Shown here: positions 1-9,451 of the stretch, in pieces | Numbering within the stretch: the stretch's first letter is position 1 | How the letters are laid out: each line of letters starts with the position of its first letter | NCBI GenBank assembly: GCA_963674965.2 | Contig: CAXXFL010000001.1 | Coordinates: 1,376,001 to 1,440,000, forward strand | Source of the DNA: a bacterium | GTDB taxonomy: Bacteria > RBG-13-61-14 > DATKZS01 | Reading direction: 5' to 3' | Length of the DNA stretch: 64,000 bases | Program-made: the position numbers and the translations under genes | The notes under the pieces: model-generated | Database searches by the model: none | Told to the model about the DNA's origin: nothing | Seen by the model: only the letters and a program-made list of their open reading frames with translations

Positions 1-327
1 CGGCGTCTTCCCCTTCCCGAGATCGACTCGAGGAACGCCATGGTCAGGGCGGCGGCGGAAAGGGAGGCCATCAACGCCCCGCTTCAGGGCTCGGCGGCGG
101 ACATAATCAAGCTGGCCATGATCGACGTGGACCGGGCCATGCTCGAGGACGGCTATAAGTCCAAGATGATCATGCAGGTCCACGACGAGCTCGTCTTCGA
201 GGTTGTTCCCTCCGAGCTTGACGCTTTGCGGGAGATGGTAATCGAGAAGATGGAGAAGGCGGTCGAGCTGAAGGTCGCCCTGAAAGTCGACGTGGCCCAC
301 GGCGGGTCATGGGCGGAGGCCCATTAA
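1..327 (+). CDS. polA: DNA polymerase I, C-terminal fragment (5' end outside window)
   Basis: Frame open from base 1; family A motifs AERxAINAPLQGSAADIIKLAM and MQVHDELVFE, ending SWAEAH. Confidence 0.95.
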   Translation, partial: RRLPLPEIDSRNAMVRAAAEREAINAPLQGSAADIIKLAMIDVDRAMLEDGYKSKMIMQVHDELVFEVVPSELDALREMVIEKMEKAVELKVALKVDVAHGGSWAEAH

Positions 328-328
328 C

Positions 329-1309
329 ATGGACGTGAAAAGGGTGGCGGCCATCGACGTGGGGGCCACGCACGCGTCGGCCGGCGTCGTGGACTCGCGG
401 GGAGGGATCGAGCTTAGACGCGAGGTCCCCAGCAAGGGGGAAGGACCGCCTTTAAAGGAAAGGATTTTCCGACTGGCGGCCGAGCTTATCGAGGAGTCCG
501 GGTCAACCCTCGAGGGGATAGCGGTGGGAGCGCCCGGCATCGTGGACTCGGAAAAGGGCGTCCTGGTAGCGGCGGGCAACCTGCCCGAGCTTTTCGGCTG
601 TCCCCTCGGCCCCGAGATGGAAAGCGAGTTCGGGCTGCCGGTCACGGTCGAGAACGACGTGAACGCCCAAGCCATGGCCGAGATGCTTTTCGGCGTGGCG
701 CGCGGCGTCAAGACCTTCGTCATGTTTTCCATCGGCACCGACCTGGGAGGCGGCATAGTCATCGACGGAAGACTGCATCGCGGGGCCCACCACGTGGCGG
801 CCGAGTTCGGACACCTGACCCTCGAGCTGGACGGTCCTCCCTGCGTGTGCGGCGGCCAGGGCTGCGCCAGGAGGTACGTCTCCGGCGCCGGGATCGCGGA
901 GGAGGCAAAACGGGTCTTGCCTGGGGACTCCCTGGCGGTGATGAAGGCCGAGGGCGGCCGCGAGGGGCTGACCGGCAAGGACGTTTTCGAGGCGGCCAGG
1001 AGGGGCGACGGGCCCGCGTCCGCGCTGGTAACCGAGTTCGCCCGCCGCTTCGGCGCGGTGGTGGCGGACGTGATGAAGGTCATAGACCCGGAACTCATCG
1101 TGATGGCGGGCCAGATATGCCGGCGCGAGCCCGAGATAATCTCCGAGGTGGTGAAGTGGACCCGCCATTATTACTTCCCCATGCCGGGGCTGCCCGACTT
1201 CAGGATTTCCGAGCTGACCAAGGAAACGGCCGCGCTGGGACCGGCCGCCGTGTTTTTCAGCGAGAGAGGAATCCAGGCGGGCCCGCCCAAAGCCCTCCGA
1301 AAGGATTGA
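329..1309 (+). CDS. ROK family sugar kinase (glucokinase/N-acetylhexosamine kinase)
   Basis: AIDVGAT, ENDVNA, IGTDLGGG and EFGH...CVCGGQGC zinc motif; no N-terminal HTH; starts 1 nt after the polA stop. Confidence 0.9.
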   Translation: MDVKRVAAIDVGATHASAGVVDSRGGIELRREVPSKGEGPPLKERIFRLAAELIEESGSTLEGIAVGAPGIVDSEKGVLVAAGNLPELFGCPLGPEMESEFGLPVTVENDVNAQAMAEMLFGVARGVKTFVMFSIGTDLGGGIVIDGRLHRGAHHVAAEFGHLTLELDGPPCVCGGQGCARRYVSGAGIAEEAKRVLPGDSLAVMKAEGGREGLTGKDVFEAARRGDGPASALVTEFARRFGAVVADVMKVIDPELIVMAGQICRREPEIISEVVKWTRHYYFPMPGLPDFRISELTKETAALGPAAVFFSERGIQAGPPKALRKD

Positions 1310-1312
1310 GTC

Positions 1313-2443
1313 TTGTCGAGAATCCATATAGCCGGATGCCGCCTGGTCCTGCCCGACCGCGTCGAGCGGGAATCGTCCATTACCATTCGGGGAGACCTAA
1401 TCGAGTCCATTGGCGGTAAAGCGCCCGCGGACGCCGAGCTGATCGAGGCAAAAAACAAGTACGTCCTTCCCGGCTTGATCGACGTTCACGGCCACGGCCG
1501 GCTGGCCCTGCCCAACCCGGAAACGGCCGCTCGGGACCTTGAAAAGGACCGGCTGGAAATGATCGCCTCGGGCGTGACCCGGTTCCTGGTGACCTTCGCC
1601 TCGGCGCCACTCGAGAACTGGATGAGGACCATCGAGGTCCTCGAGCCGCTGATCGGCTCGGCAAGCTCCGGCGCCCGGCCCATGGGGTTCCATTTAGAGG
1701 GAGTTTTTCTTAACCCCGCGGCCGCTGGGGCACAGCCGCCGGGATGGATCAAGCCCTTTGACGTCCGTGACCCGGAGCAGGAAAAGCTGTTTCGAGACTA
1801 CGCCGGACGCGTCAGGATACAGACCCTGGCGCCCGAGGTCCCGGGCAACGAGAAACTGGCCGAGCTTTGCCTCGAAAAGGGCATAGTCCCATCGCTGGGC
1901 CACTCGGCCGCGTCTCCCTCCCAGGTTAAGCGCTTCGCGGACATGGGGGTCATCCACGCCACCCACCTGTTTAACGGCATGAAGGTAATGGACCACCGCG
2001 ACCCGGGCCCGGCCATCGGGGCCTTGATGGACGACCGGATGAGCGTGGACTTCATCTGCGACGGCTTCCACGTGCATCCCGAGGTCATTCCTCTTATCCA
2101 CAAGATGAAGGCCCCGGACAAGCGGATACTGATCACCGACTCGGTTACCATCCAACTGCCGGGGGCCCAGGCCGGAGGGCCGGACGAGCCCAACCGGCTC
2201 CCAGACGGACGGCTGGCGGGTTCGAGGCTCAGGCTTCATTCCGCCATCGGAAAATATAAGGCGTTCACCGGGTGTTCCCTCCCCGAGGCAACGGCCATGG
2301 CCAGCCTGAATCCGGCGCGTCTTTTAGGCATGGATATGGAACTCGGCAGTCTCGAGCCGGGAAAAACGGCCGACTTCTGGATTTCCGGCGAGGACCTCGA
2401 GCCCGAGGCCGTGTATATCGCGGGAGAACGGCAGCCTTTATAA
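1313..2443 (+). CDS. nagA: N-acetylglucosamine-6-phosphate deacetylase
   Basis: PGLIDVHGHG, HLEG, TLAPE, GHS, THLFNGM, DGFHVHP, ITDS, LAGS, NPARLLG motifs; TTG start. Confidence 0.88.
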   Translation: MSRIHIAGCRLVLPDRVERESSITIRGDLIESIGGKAPADAELIEAKNKYVLPGLIDVHGHGRLALPNPETAARDLEKDRLEMIASGVTRFLVTFASAPLENWMRTIEVLEPLIGSASSGARPMGFHLEGVFLNPAAAGAQPPGWIKPFDVRDPEQEKLFRDYAGRVRIQTLAPEVPGNEKLAELCLEKGIVPSLGHSAASPSQVKRFADMGVIHATHLFNGMKVMDHRDPGPAIGALMDDRMSVDFICDGFHVHPEVIPLIHKMKAPDKRILITDSVTIQLPGAQAGGPDEPNRLPDGRLAGSRLRLHSAIGKYKAFTGCSLPEATAMASLNPARLLGMDMELGSLEPGKTADFWISGEDLEPEAVYIAGERQPL

Positions 2444-2476
2444 AAAAAAGAGGGGCCTATATGGCCCCTCGATTTT
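2441..2476. terminator. Probable intrinsic terminator between convergent genes
   Basis: GAGGGGCC-TATAT-GGCCCCTC hairpin (2450-2470) with an A-run on the left and a short T-run on the right. Confidence 0.7.
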
Positions 2477-2490
2477 CACCTCGAAAAAAA

Positions 2491-4764
2491 TCAGGGATCG
2501 TCCGCGATGATGGTAACCAGCGGCGTCTTGGCAATCCCGGGAGAATAACGGCCGTTGGTCCCCGTCCCGCATCCCGGCAGGGCCGCGTTGACCTTGATGG
2601 TCCCGGCCGCCGTCACCTTGAGAACGACCGTCGACCGGCCTCCCGCGGCGATGGACCCCGAGACGTCGTATCGGCCGCTGGACCCTCCGTTCCCTTCGCC
2701 GCCCATGATGATGGCGCTTCCCGACGAGCCCGCCCCGTCTATCTCGAAGATCACGCCCTGGCTCGAGGTGTAATTGGGGTGATTGTTTTTCACCCCCACC
2801 GTTATACGGCAGGTCGAGCCGACTTCGGCCGCCGGGGTCAGGGACCCCAATACCTCGAGGTCCGTGGGAATGCTGGGGTTGGACGCGGTGTTGGAGAGGC
2901 CGACCATCTGCTTTAAGACGCTCACGTCAAGGGGAGAGATTATCTCGTCCATGTCCATTTCCTGGGAATCGCCGTTTGGCGGCAACACTCCAGTATATGA
3001 GGCCGACTTCAGGCTCACCCTGGTCTGAAGCGCGGAGAGGTCGAGAGGAGAGACAAGACCGTCCGCCGATACGGTGTTGCCCGAGTCGGCCCAACTGTAG
3101 CAACCGGTCCCGCCCGCGAGGTCGGTGGCCCATATGTCGCCGCCGTTCCAGTACTCGTGGGTGTTGGGGTTACCGTCCCCGTCGAAGTCGGCCAGCAGGC
3201 CGTCGTCCGCGTCCATGGGATCGAGGTTGCTGGTATGGCCAGTCGAGTTGTCCTGCTCGAAGCCGTCCGGAAGCCCGTCGCCGTCGCTGTCCCAGTCGAG
3301 GGGGTCGGTACCCAGGTCGTTATACTCCTCCCCGTCGTTAAGTCCGTCGTCGTCCGAGTCGGGGTCGGTGGGGCTGGTGCCGATCGAGTTCTCGACCGAG
3401 TCGTAAAGCCCGTCGCCGTCGGTGTCGGTCCCCACGCTGACGATGGCGCGGATGGCTATGTCGCCCCAGTCGTACTGGCCGGCGTCGAGGGCGTACCAGT
3501 ACCCGTCGGTACCACTATTGTTGAAAAAGGACTTGTTCGTTTCGTGCGGCGCGTCGTCGTCATAAGTGATGGTGTAGGAGTAACCGGGACAGTCGAACTC
3601 GACCACGATGGCGATGGTGTCGCCGTCGCTGACGGGTATGGGGGAATCGAGCTCGACGGCCCGGTAGCCGGCCCGGGGCATGCTTCCGGTTTGAGTGGTA
3701 TTGAGCTGGCCCGAGGGGTATCCGTCGTTCCAGTCGCTGAAAATTTTTATCGAGTAGGAGGTGGACGCGTTCCTGGTGTGCAGTCCCACGTGGGTGAGGT
3801 CGCCGTCGACGGTGACTGAATAAAGGACCGCCGCCCAGTCATGGTCGTCGTATCCCATGTAGGATAAGGGGTAGTAATCCTCGTATGTCAAAACGCGCGT
3901 CTCGCCGGCGGGGGTGAAATAATCGGAGTAAACCGAGGCCCTTGTTCCCATGGCGTAGGTGCCGTATGCCACGTAGAAATAGCCGTCATCTCCCCACCAG
4001 TCGCCCCAACTGTTTTTGACTATCCAGGCGCCGGTCCCACCCGCGTGGGCCATGTCGTCGTCGTAGCCCACGATGAGGACCGCGTGATTGGTGCTGGTAT
4101 AATTGGTGGCGTCGTAAAGGACCGTGTTGCCGGCGTAGACGTTGAACCCTGGCGCCGAGGCCCACATGCTGCAAATGACCGGGCCTATGTTGTACACGGC
4201 GTCCTTGATGGCGGCCTCGTCGGGGGTGTTTCCGTTGACGATCTGGAACTCTCCCAGGTACTTCTCGCCGTCGCAGTCCAGGCAGCTTCCCGAGGTGCAG
4301 GCCCCGTAGGGGTTGCAGGTCTCGAGGGCGGCGCCGAACTGGGAGTAGTGGAAGGCGGCGTTATACGCGTTTCCGCCGCTGTTGCAGTCCTTGCCCGAGG
4401 TGTTGCAATGGACGAGTTCCATCTCGGAGAAGTCCCAAATCCCCTCGCCGCCGATGCGGACGTTGGACTCGAGACTCCCGGTGGCGGCGAAGGCCCAGCA
4501 GCAACCATAAGGGCCCTGGCTCTTGACGGGGGTCACCCCATGGTGGTCGCGCCAGTCCCAGGCCGAGGGAGGCGTGTCCCTCGAGATCGGGCCCGTGACC
4601 AGGTCGCTGAAGTCCCGGGGAACGGGCAAATCGCCGAACTCGGACGGTATCATGGGGATATCCAGTTTCTCTATCCGGCCCGGCTCCTGGCCCATGGCGG
4701 AATGGGGAAGGCAAAAAAGCGCCGCCAAGGCGAGAAAGATAGCGCCAATCAAAAATCCTTTCAT
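2491..4764 (-). CDS. Secreted papain-family (C1A) cysteine protease with lectin-like domain, DxDxDG Ca-binding repeats and dockerin-like/Ig-like C-terminus
   Basis: Signal peptide MKGFLIGAIFLALAALF with GGAGGA RBS upstream; catalytic QGPYGCCWAF, NHAVLIVGY and KNSWG; DTDGDGL/DSDDDGL repeats. Confidence 0.88.
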   Translation of the reverse strand: MKGFLIGAIFLALAALFCLPHSAMGQEPGRIEKLDIPMIPSEFGDLPVPRDFSDLVTGPISRDTPPSAWDWRDHHGVTPVKSQGPYGCCWAFAATGSLESNVRIGGEGIWDFSEMELVHCNTSGKDCNSGGNAYNAAFHYSQFGAALETCNPYGACTSGSCLDCDGEKYLGEFQIVNGNTPDEAAIKDAVYNIGPVICSMWASAPGFNVYAGNTVLYDATNYTSTNHAVLIVGYDDDMAHAGGTGAWIVKNSWGDWWGDDGYFYVAYGTYAMGTRASVYSDYFTPAGETRVLTYEDYYPLSYMGYDDHDWAAVLYSVTVDGDLTHVGLHTRNASTSYSIKIFSDWNDGYPSGQLNTTQTGSMPRAGYRAVELDSPIPVSDGDTIAIVVEFDCPGYSYTITYDDDAPHETNKSFFNNSGTDGYWYALDAGQYDWGDIAIRAIVSVGTDTDGDGLYDSVENSIGTSPTDPDSDDDGLNDGEEYNDLGTDPLDWDSDGDGLPDGFEQDNSTGHTSNLDPMDADDGLLADFDGDGNPNTHEYWNGGDIWATDLAGGTGCYSWADSGNTVSADGLVSPLDLSALQTRVSLKSASYTGVLPPNGDSQEMDMDEIISPLDVSVLKQMVGLSNTASNPSIPTDLEVLGSLTPAAEVGSTCRITVGVKNNHPNYTSSQGVIFEIDGAGSSGSAIIMGGEGNGGSSGRYDVSGSIAAGGRSTVVLKVTAAGTIKVNAALPGCGTGTNGRYSPGIAKTPLVTIIADDP

Positions 4765-5230
4765 CGGTTGTCCTCCAGTTTTGACCCGTCCGGGGCCCCA
4801 GGCCCCAACTTCAGAATCAGCCGCTCGGCGGGAAACAACAAGCGACTCGCCGCTTAAACGCGTTATAATTCCCTGAGAAGAGTACCATACCAAGATAGAC
4901 AACCGGCACGAAATATTCAAGACTTTTTTCGCGGCGGCTTCAGCCGGGCTCCTATCCCCGGTTTCGGCCCGCTCAAGCGGTGAACCATCAAGGCAAAGAC
5001 CATGAAGGATGATGAAAATAACAAACCCAAGAGCTTCGTGCAATATTCCTTTCCTTGGCGGCATAGCCGCTTTGGATTGCGGTCGATCGAGAGCGCTTTC
5101 GATGGCATTGGCTTGATAATGCCTAATAATACGACGGCTAGCCTCGCGTCAAGCCGCTCGGAAAAAAAGCGGCCTCGAGCCGCCGCGCTCCAAATCGGGA
5201 CTTTTACAAGAGGCCCCAAACCAGATAAAT

Positions 5231-6418
5231 TTACGGGCCATATAAAGGGACGCTGACGAAGCGGGGCCGGTAGATGGAGGAGTCATGGGCGAGCTTGACG
5301 AAATCGTTACTGTTCACGATGTAGCTCACAAGCAGCTCGCCTGGAGAAGACAGGGAAGGGTGGGCCTTGGCCGCGTAGGTGAAGTAACTCTCGTCCCTTG
5401 CTATTTCCTCGACTTTATAAATGGGCCTTGCTTTTGACCACGGGCCCTCGGGAGCGGCGGACTCACGAAGGAAGATATGAGACCCCAGGGCCGGCTCGCT
5501 GTAGACCATTATATAACTGGCCCCGCCCGACCCCCGAGCGACGGCGTCAACGCTCATCTCGCTGGCCACGTTTTCGACTATGACCTCGAGGTCTTCTCCC
5601 TCGGTTGACCAGCCGTCCCCATCCCAGAATTCCCATTGCCCGAAATCATCCAACTCGTAAGGCGAGGTCCTGGCCAGCAAAAGGTCCCTTACGTTCCCTT
5701 TTACCGCGGTAGCGTAAATGAAAACATGGTCCGACGTCCCTGGCTCGTAAAGCGCCGCGGCCCCCCAGTCGATCTCACGGCCGCCAATCTCGCGTGGAAG
5801 CTCGATGACCCGAGCGCGCCAGGATGGGGCCGGTCCCTCGAGGTTGTCGATCATGGCAACCGCGCCGCCCGCGCACTTGAAGCCCCAGACCGTGTCGTCG
5901 CCCTCCACCTTCTCGAGCCGTATCAGGAAAAGGGCCAACCCGTAACCGCCCGGCCCGGGCAAAACCGCGGCGCCGCCGGTGGGCCAGTACCAGGTTTTCC
6001 CGCCCGCGGCGGCGTGGCCGTTATCCGGCTCGATCCAGGCGGTCGGATTTCCTTCTTCGTCGGCGGGCCCCCACAAAAAGGTCACCTCCCCGGGGGAAGG
6101 AGGAACGCCCGGATGACGCGCATTATAAGGATGCACGGCGATCGAGTTGTTGACCATGCGGGCGTTCGTTCTCGCCCCGTCCTTGACCTCGCCAATAAAT
6201 GTATCGCCGAAAACCCAGAGGACCCGGTCGCCGGGGATGAGGAAGCTCGAGGCCACGTCCGCCCCGATCCAGCCGGATTCGTTAGCGAAAACCCGGTCCC
6301 ACCCCCGCGCCGGCCTCACTTGCTCCGGGGCCTGAAGCGAACTTCCTGAGATACCCGTACACGAGACCGAGACGAGAGTAAGAATAAACAAGAGAAGCGG
6401 TTGTCGGATGTATTTCAT
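5231..6418 (-). CDS. Exported beta-propeller-like protein (DUF4185/DUF5005-like), probable lipoprotein
   Basis: GWIGADV, LWVFGDTF, PEGPWS, YAAKAHP, YRPRFV motifs; hydrophobic N-terminus followed by Cys (VSVSC). Confidence 0.65.
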   Translation of the reverse strand: MKYIRQPLLLFILTLVSVSCTGISGSSLQAPEQVRPARGWDRVFANESGWIGADVASSFLIPGDRVLWVFGDTFIGEVKDGARTNARMVNNSIAVHPYNARHPGVPPSPGEVTFLWGPADEEGNPTAWIEPDNGHAAAGGKTWYWPTGGAAVLPGPGGYGLALFLIRLEKVEGDDTVWGFKCAGGAVAMIDNLEGPAPSWRARVIELPREIGGREIDWGAAALYEPGTSDHVFIYATAVKGNVRDLLLARTSPYELDDFGQWEFWDGDGWSTEGEDLEVIVENVASEMSVDAVARGSGGASYIMVYSEPALGSHIFLRESAAPEGPWSKARPIYKVEEIARDESYFTYAAKAHPSLSSPGELLVSYIVNSNDFVKLAHDSSIYRPRFVSVPLYGP

Positions 6419-6469
6419 GGGAAAAATTTTCTCCCGCCACTTGTAGTTATTCGTTCCTTTTTTTACCAA

Positions 6470-6859
6470 TCATTTCACGTTAAGGATCATTTCAAATTCT
6501 TTTTGATCGGGGATAAAAATTTTATAAGGGGAAGTAACTTCTGAGGCGGTAGTAGGAGAAATATATAACCTGCCGCATCTTTCACATTGATAGATTTCAA
6601 GACAACAACTCCTACAAGCTCTTGTTATAATATCCGACACGATTGAGTCATCACTTAGATCTAGATTCTCCCCTCTATAATATTCCGTGATCCATTCTTT
6701 ACGCTTTCCCTCTTTAGCAACCCTTATAAAGTCCGCGACTTGATCGGAAATCCATCCGTGGAATGCTTCCCAATGTTTATCTCTGATTATCATTCCTTTG
6801 TAAGGGAGGTTATCCGTTTGGTCGACGATAATGTGGCCACATCTGCATTTTATCTTCAT
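6470..6859 (-). CDS. Hypothetical Cys-rich protein
   Basis: 129-aa ORF with CxC (N-term) and CxxC (C-term) motifs; markedly AT-rich compared with neighbours. Confidence 0.65.
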   Translation of the reverse strand: MKIKCRCGHIIVDQTDNLPYKGMIIRDKHWEAFHGWISDQVADFIRVAKEGKRKEWITEYYRGENLDLSDDSIVSDIITRACRSCCLEIYQCERCGRLYISPTTASEVTSPYKIFIPDQKEFEMILNVK

Positions 6860-7115
6860 GGCAGTTTCCTTTTTTCAGTCAATGCCGCGCCATTAGTCCC
6901 GAATACTATTTATCTAATTGACAAATAATATTGAGGATTTTTCCGACTATATTACCGCGGCGGATGCATTGTCAAGTAAGGCTCACGCGGAATTTTGCCT
7001 TAACCCCTCGAATTTGAGCAAAAAAGAAGCGCGACATGCGTAAAAACCCCATGGCCGTCCCCATGTTTTTTATTGCCATATCTAAGAAAAAACCGAAAAG
7101 TCGGTTGACAAACGG

Positions 7116-7165
7116 CGTCAATGGTCTGACGAAAGCATCCGCCCCGGCCCGCCATTTATGTGACG
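7116..7165 (+). promoter_or_regulatory. Pair of candidate enhancer (sigma54 activator) boxes
   Basis: CGTCA-N6-TGACG (7116-7131) and CGCCA-N6-TGACG (7150-7165), upstream of a sigma54 promoter; resemble the FleQ box GTCA-N6-TGAC. Confidence 0.55.
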
Positions 7166-7212
7166 CGGGAAGTTTCATACTAATTATCCGGTATTTACAA
7201 TCACGATCCTTT

Positions 7213-7228
7213 TGGCATATGCCTTGCT
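7213..7228 (+). promoter_or_regulatory. sigma54 (-24/-12) promoter of motA operon
   Basis: TGGCATATGCCTTGCT, GG-N10-GC, 50 nt upstream of motA. Confidence 0.8.
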
Positions 7229-7277
7229 CGGTAACTGATCGACAAGATTTTAATTTGAAACGGAGAGACGAGCCGAC

Positions 7278-8045
7278 ATGGACATTGCGACGATAGTAGG
7301 AATAATTGGGTGTTTCGCCATGGTGATCGTGGTCATCGTGATGGGCGGGTCGCCTCAGTCGTTCGTAAACGTACAGTCGATATTGATCGTGCTTGGGGGG
7401 ACCGTGGGCGCGACCTTGATCAACTTTCCTTTAAAGGAAGTGGTAAGCGTGTTCGCCGTGGTGAAAAACGCATTTTTATCGAGGGCCTCTGACCGCATCG
7501 AGATGATGGATACCATGGTCACGCTGGCTCGCCAGGCCAGGAAAGAGGGCATACTTTCCCTCGAGAACGACATCCAGAACGTGGGCGACAAATTCCTCGA
7601 GCGCGGCATTATGCTGGCCATAGACGGCCAGGAGCCGGAAACGGTCGAGCGCATCATGAGCCGGGAGATATCCAAGACCGAGCAGCGCCACGAGCTTGGG
7701 GCCGAGATATTCTCGGTCATGGGGGCCTTCGCTCCGGCCATGGGCATGATCGGCACCCTGATCGGTCTGGTCCAGATGCTCCGCACCATGGAAGACCCCT
7801 CCACCATCGGACCGGCCATGGCCATCGCTCTTTTAACCACGCTGTACGGCTCGATCATGGCCAACATGGTGTTTCTGCCCATCTCGGGAAAGCTTAAAAA
7901 CAGGTCCTCCGACGAGATTCTGGTCAAGCAGATGGTGCTCGAGGGAGTGCTCGCCATCCAGGTGGGCGACAACCCCATGATAGTAAGGGACAGGCTGATG
8001 CCATTCATATCGCCCAAGCTGCGCGAGAAGGACGAGGGTGAATGA
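7278..8045 (+). CDS. motA: Flagellar stator MotA/PomA
   Basis: MDIATIVG start, ARKEGILSLE, APAMGMIGTLIGLVQML, ALLTTLYG. Confidence 0.95.
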   Translation: MDIATIVGIIGCFAMVIVVIVMGGSPQSFVNVQSILIVLGGTVGATLINFPLKEVVSVFAVVKNAFLSRASDRIEMMDTMVTLARQARKEGILSLENDIQNVGDKFLERGIMLAIDGQEPETVERIMSREISKTEQRHELGAEIFSVMGAFAPAMGMIGTLIGLVQMLRTMEDPSTIGPAMAIALLTTLYGSIMANMVFLPISGKLKNRSSDEILVKQMVLEGVLAIQVGDNPMIVRDRLMPFISPKLREKDEGE

Positions 8046-8938
8046 TCATGAGCGAGCAGAGAATCCCGAAAAGCAAGCTTAAAGACCCCAATAACACGGC
8101 CCCCAACTGGATGACCACGTTCAGCGACCTGATGAGCCTTTTGCTCACCTTTTTCGTTCTCCTTTTATCCATGGCCTCCCTGGACCAGCAGCGGGTCAAG
8201 GAAGCCCTCGGGTCTTTGCGGGGCGCCCTGGGAGTGCTCGAGCAGGGCACCAAGACCGAGGAGGGAAAAAAGGAAATCCTTCCGTCCCTCGAGTTCATCG
8301 AGACCGACGAGCCCAGCGCCCGGTCCCTGGTGCATCGCCTCAACACGGTGATGGGAAAGAAGCTCGAGGAAATGTCGGAGGGCACGGAAACGGCCAGGGG
8401 CGGCGAAGGCTCGGAGACGGAATCGGAGGCGCCGGGGACCCTCGAGGAGGCTGGCATCAAGGTGGGCCGGGAGGAGAGGGGCGTGGTGATCCGTCTGGAG
8501 GAATCCTTTTTCTTCGACTCGGGCAGCGCCGACGTCAAGGAGAAGTCCTATCCGATTCTGGACGAGATAGCCAAGGTATTGAAGGATTACGACAACACCA
8601 TCATGGTGGAAGGCCACACGGACAACGTTCCCATCCGGAGCCGGTATTTCTCCTCCAACTGGGAGCTGTCAACCGCCCGCGCCCTGTCGGTACTTAAGTT
8701 CATGTCTAAAAGGGGACAAGTCGATCCGCAGCTTCTTTGCGCCGTCGGATACGGCGAGTATCGGCCCATCTTGCCCAACGACTCCCCCGAAAACAAAAAG
8801 AAAAACAGAAGGGTCGAGATAGTCGTTCTCACCGGCCGCGACAATGAAACTCGAAGCGGGACCCAAAACGCCCCCCCCAGCGCCGGCGCGGAAGACGGAC
8901 CCATCCCCGACTTCGAGGAATTTTTAAAGGAGGAATGA
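8042..8938 (+). CDS. motB: Flagellar stator MotB/PomB
   Basis: WMTTFSDLMSLLLTFFVLL TM with conserved Asp; OmpA-like domain (EGHTDN, SNWELSTARA, NRRVEI). Confidence 0.95.
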   Translation: MIMSEQRIPKSKLKDPNNTAPNWMTTFSDLMSLLLTFFVLLLSMASLDQQRVKEALGSLRGALGVLEQGTKTEEGKKEILPSLEFIETDEPSARSLVHRLNTVMGKKLEEMSEGTETARGGEGSETESEAPGTLEEAGIKVGREERGVVIRLEESFFFDSGSADVKEKSYPILDEIAKVLKDYDNTIMVEGHTDNVPIRSRYFSSNWELSTARALSVLKFMSKRGQVDPQLLCAVGYGEYRPILPNDSPENKKKNRRVEIVVLTGRDNETRSGTQNAPPSAGAEDGPIPDFEEFLKEE

Positions 8939-8940
8939 AA

Positions 8941-9444
8941 ATGGCTGAGGAAGCGGCGGCAACGGCCGAAGTCCAGGCCGGAAGCAATAACAAGATGATG
9001 TTGATGCTCTTCGCGGTCAACATGGTCCTGGTGGTCCTTTTTGGCGCGGCCATGCTCTATTTCCTTGTCTTGAAAGGAGACGAGCCGGCCAAGGCGGAGG
9101 AGACGGCGGAGGACGGCGTCGAGACCCCCGTAATGGAGCAGGGCATATTCCTTCCCATCGACACCTTCATCACCAACCTCTACGTGCGCAAGGGCCAAGT
9201 CCATTACCTCAAGGTGAGCATCACCCTCGAGTGCGAGAACAAGGACGCCGTCGAGGAAATCAAGGAAAGGCTGCCCCAAATAAGGAACAGCATTATCCTT
9301 CTGCTGGCCAGCAAGACGGTCAAGGAAATAAGCGGCTCCGACGGCATGGCCGCCCTCCAGGAAGAGATACGGGGACACCTGAACAAGTTCCTTAGTAAAG
9401 GAAAGGTCATCAGGGTCTGCTTTACGGAATTCGTGGTGCAGTGA
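8941..9444 (+). CDS. fliL: Flagellar basal body protein FliL
   Basis: N-terminal TM, FITNL, HYLKV, PQIRNSII, C-terminal FTEFVVQ; position after motB. Confidence 0.9.
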   Translation: MAEEAAATAEVQAGSNNKMMLMLFAVNMVLVVLFGAAMLYFLVLKGDEPAKAEETAEDGVETPVMEQGIFLPIDTFITNLYVRKGQVHYLKVSITLECENKDAVEEIKERLPQIRNSIILLLASKTVKEISGSDGMAALQEEIRGHLNKFLSKGKVIRVCFTEFVVQ

Positions 9445-9451
9445 GAAAAAC

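Noticed and set aside
4765-5230. Upstream in-frame extension of the protease ORF, a small TM-like ORF, or a riboswitch in this spacer
   Set aside because: A good RBS and signal peptide support the start at 4764; no riboswitch consensus recognised; alternative ORFs lack support.
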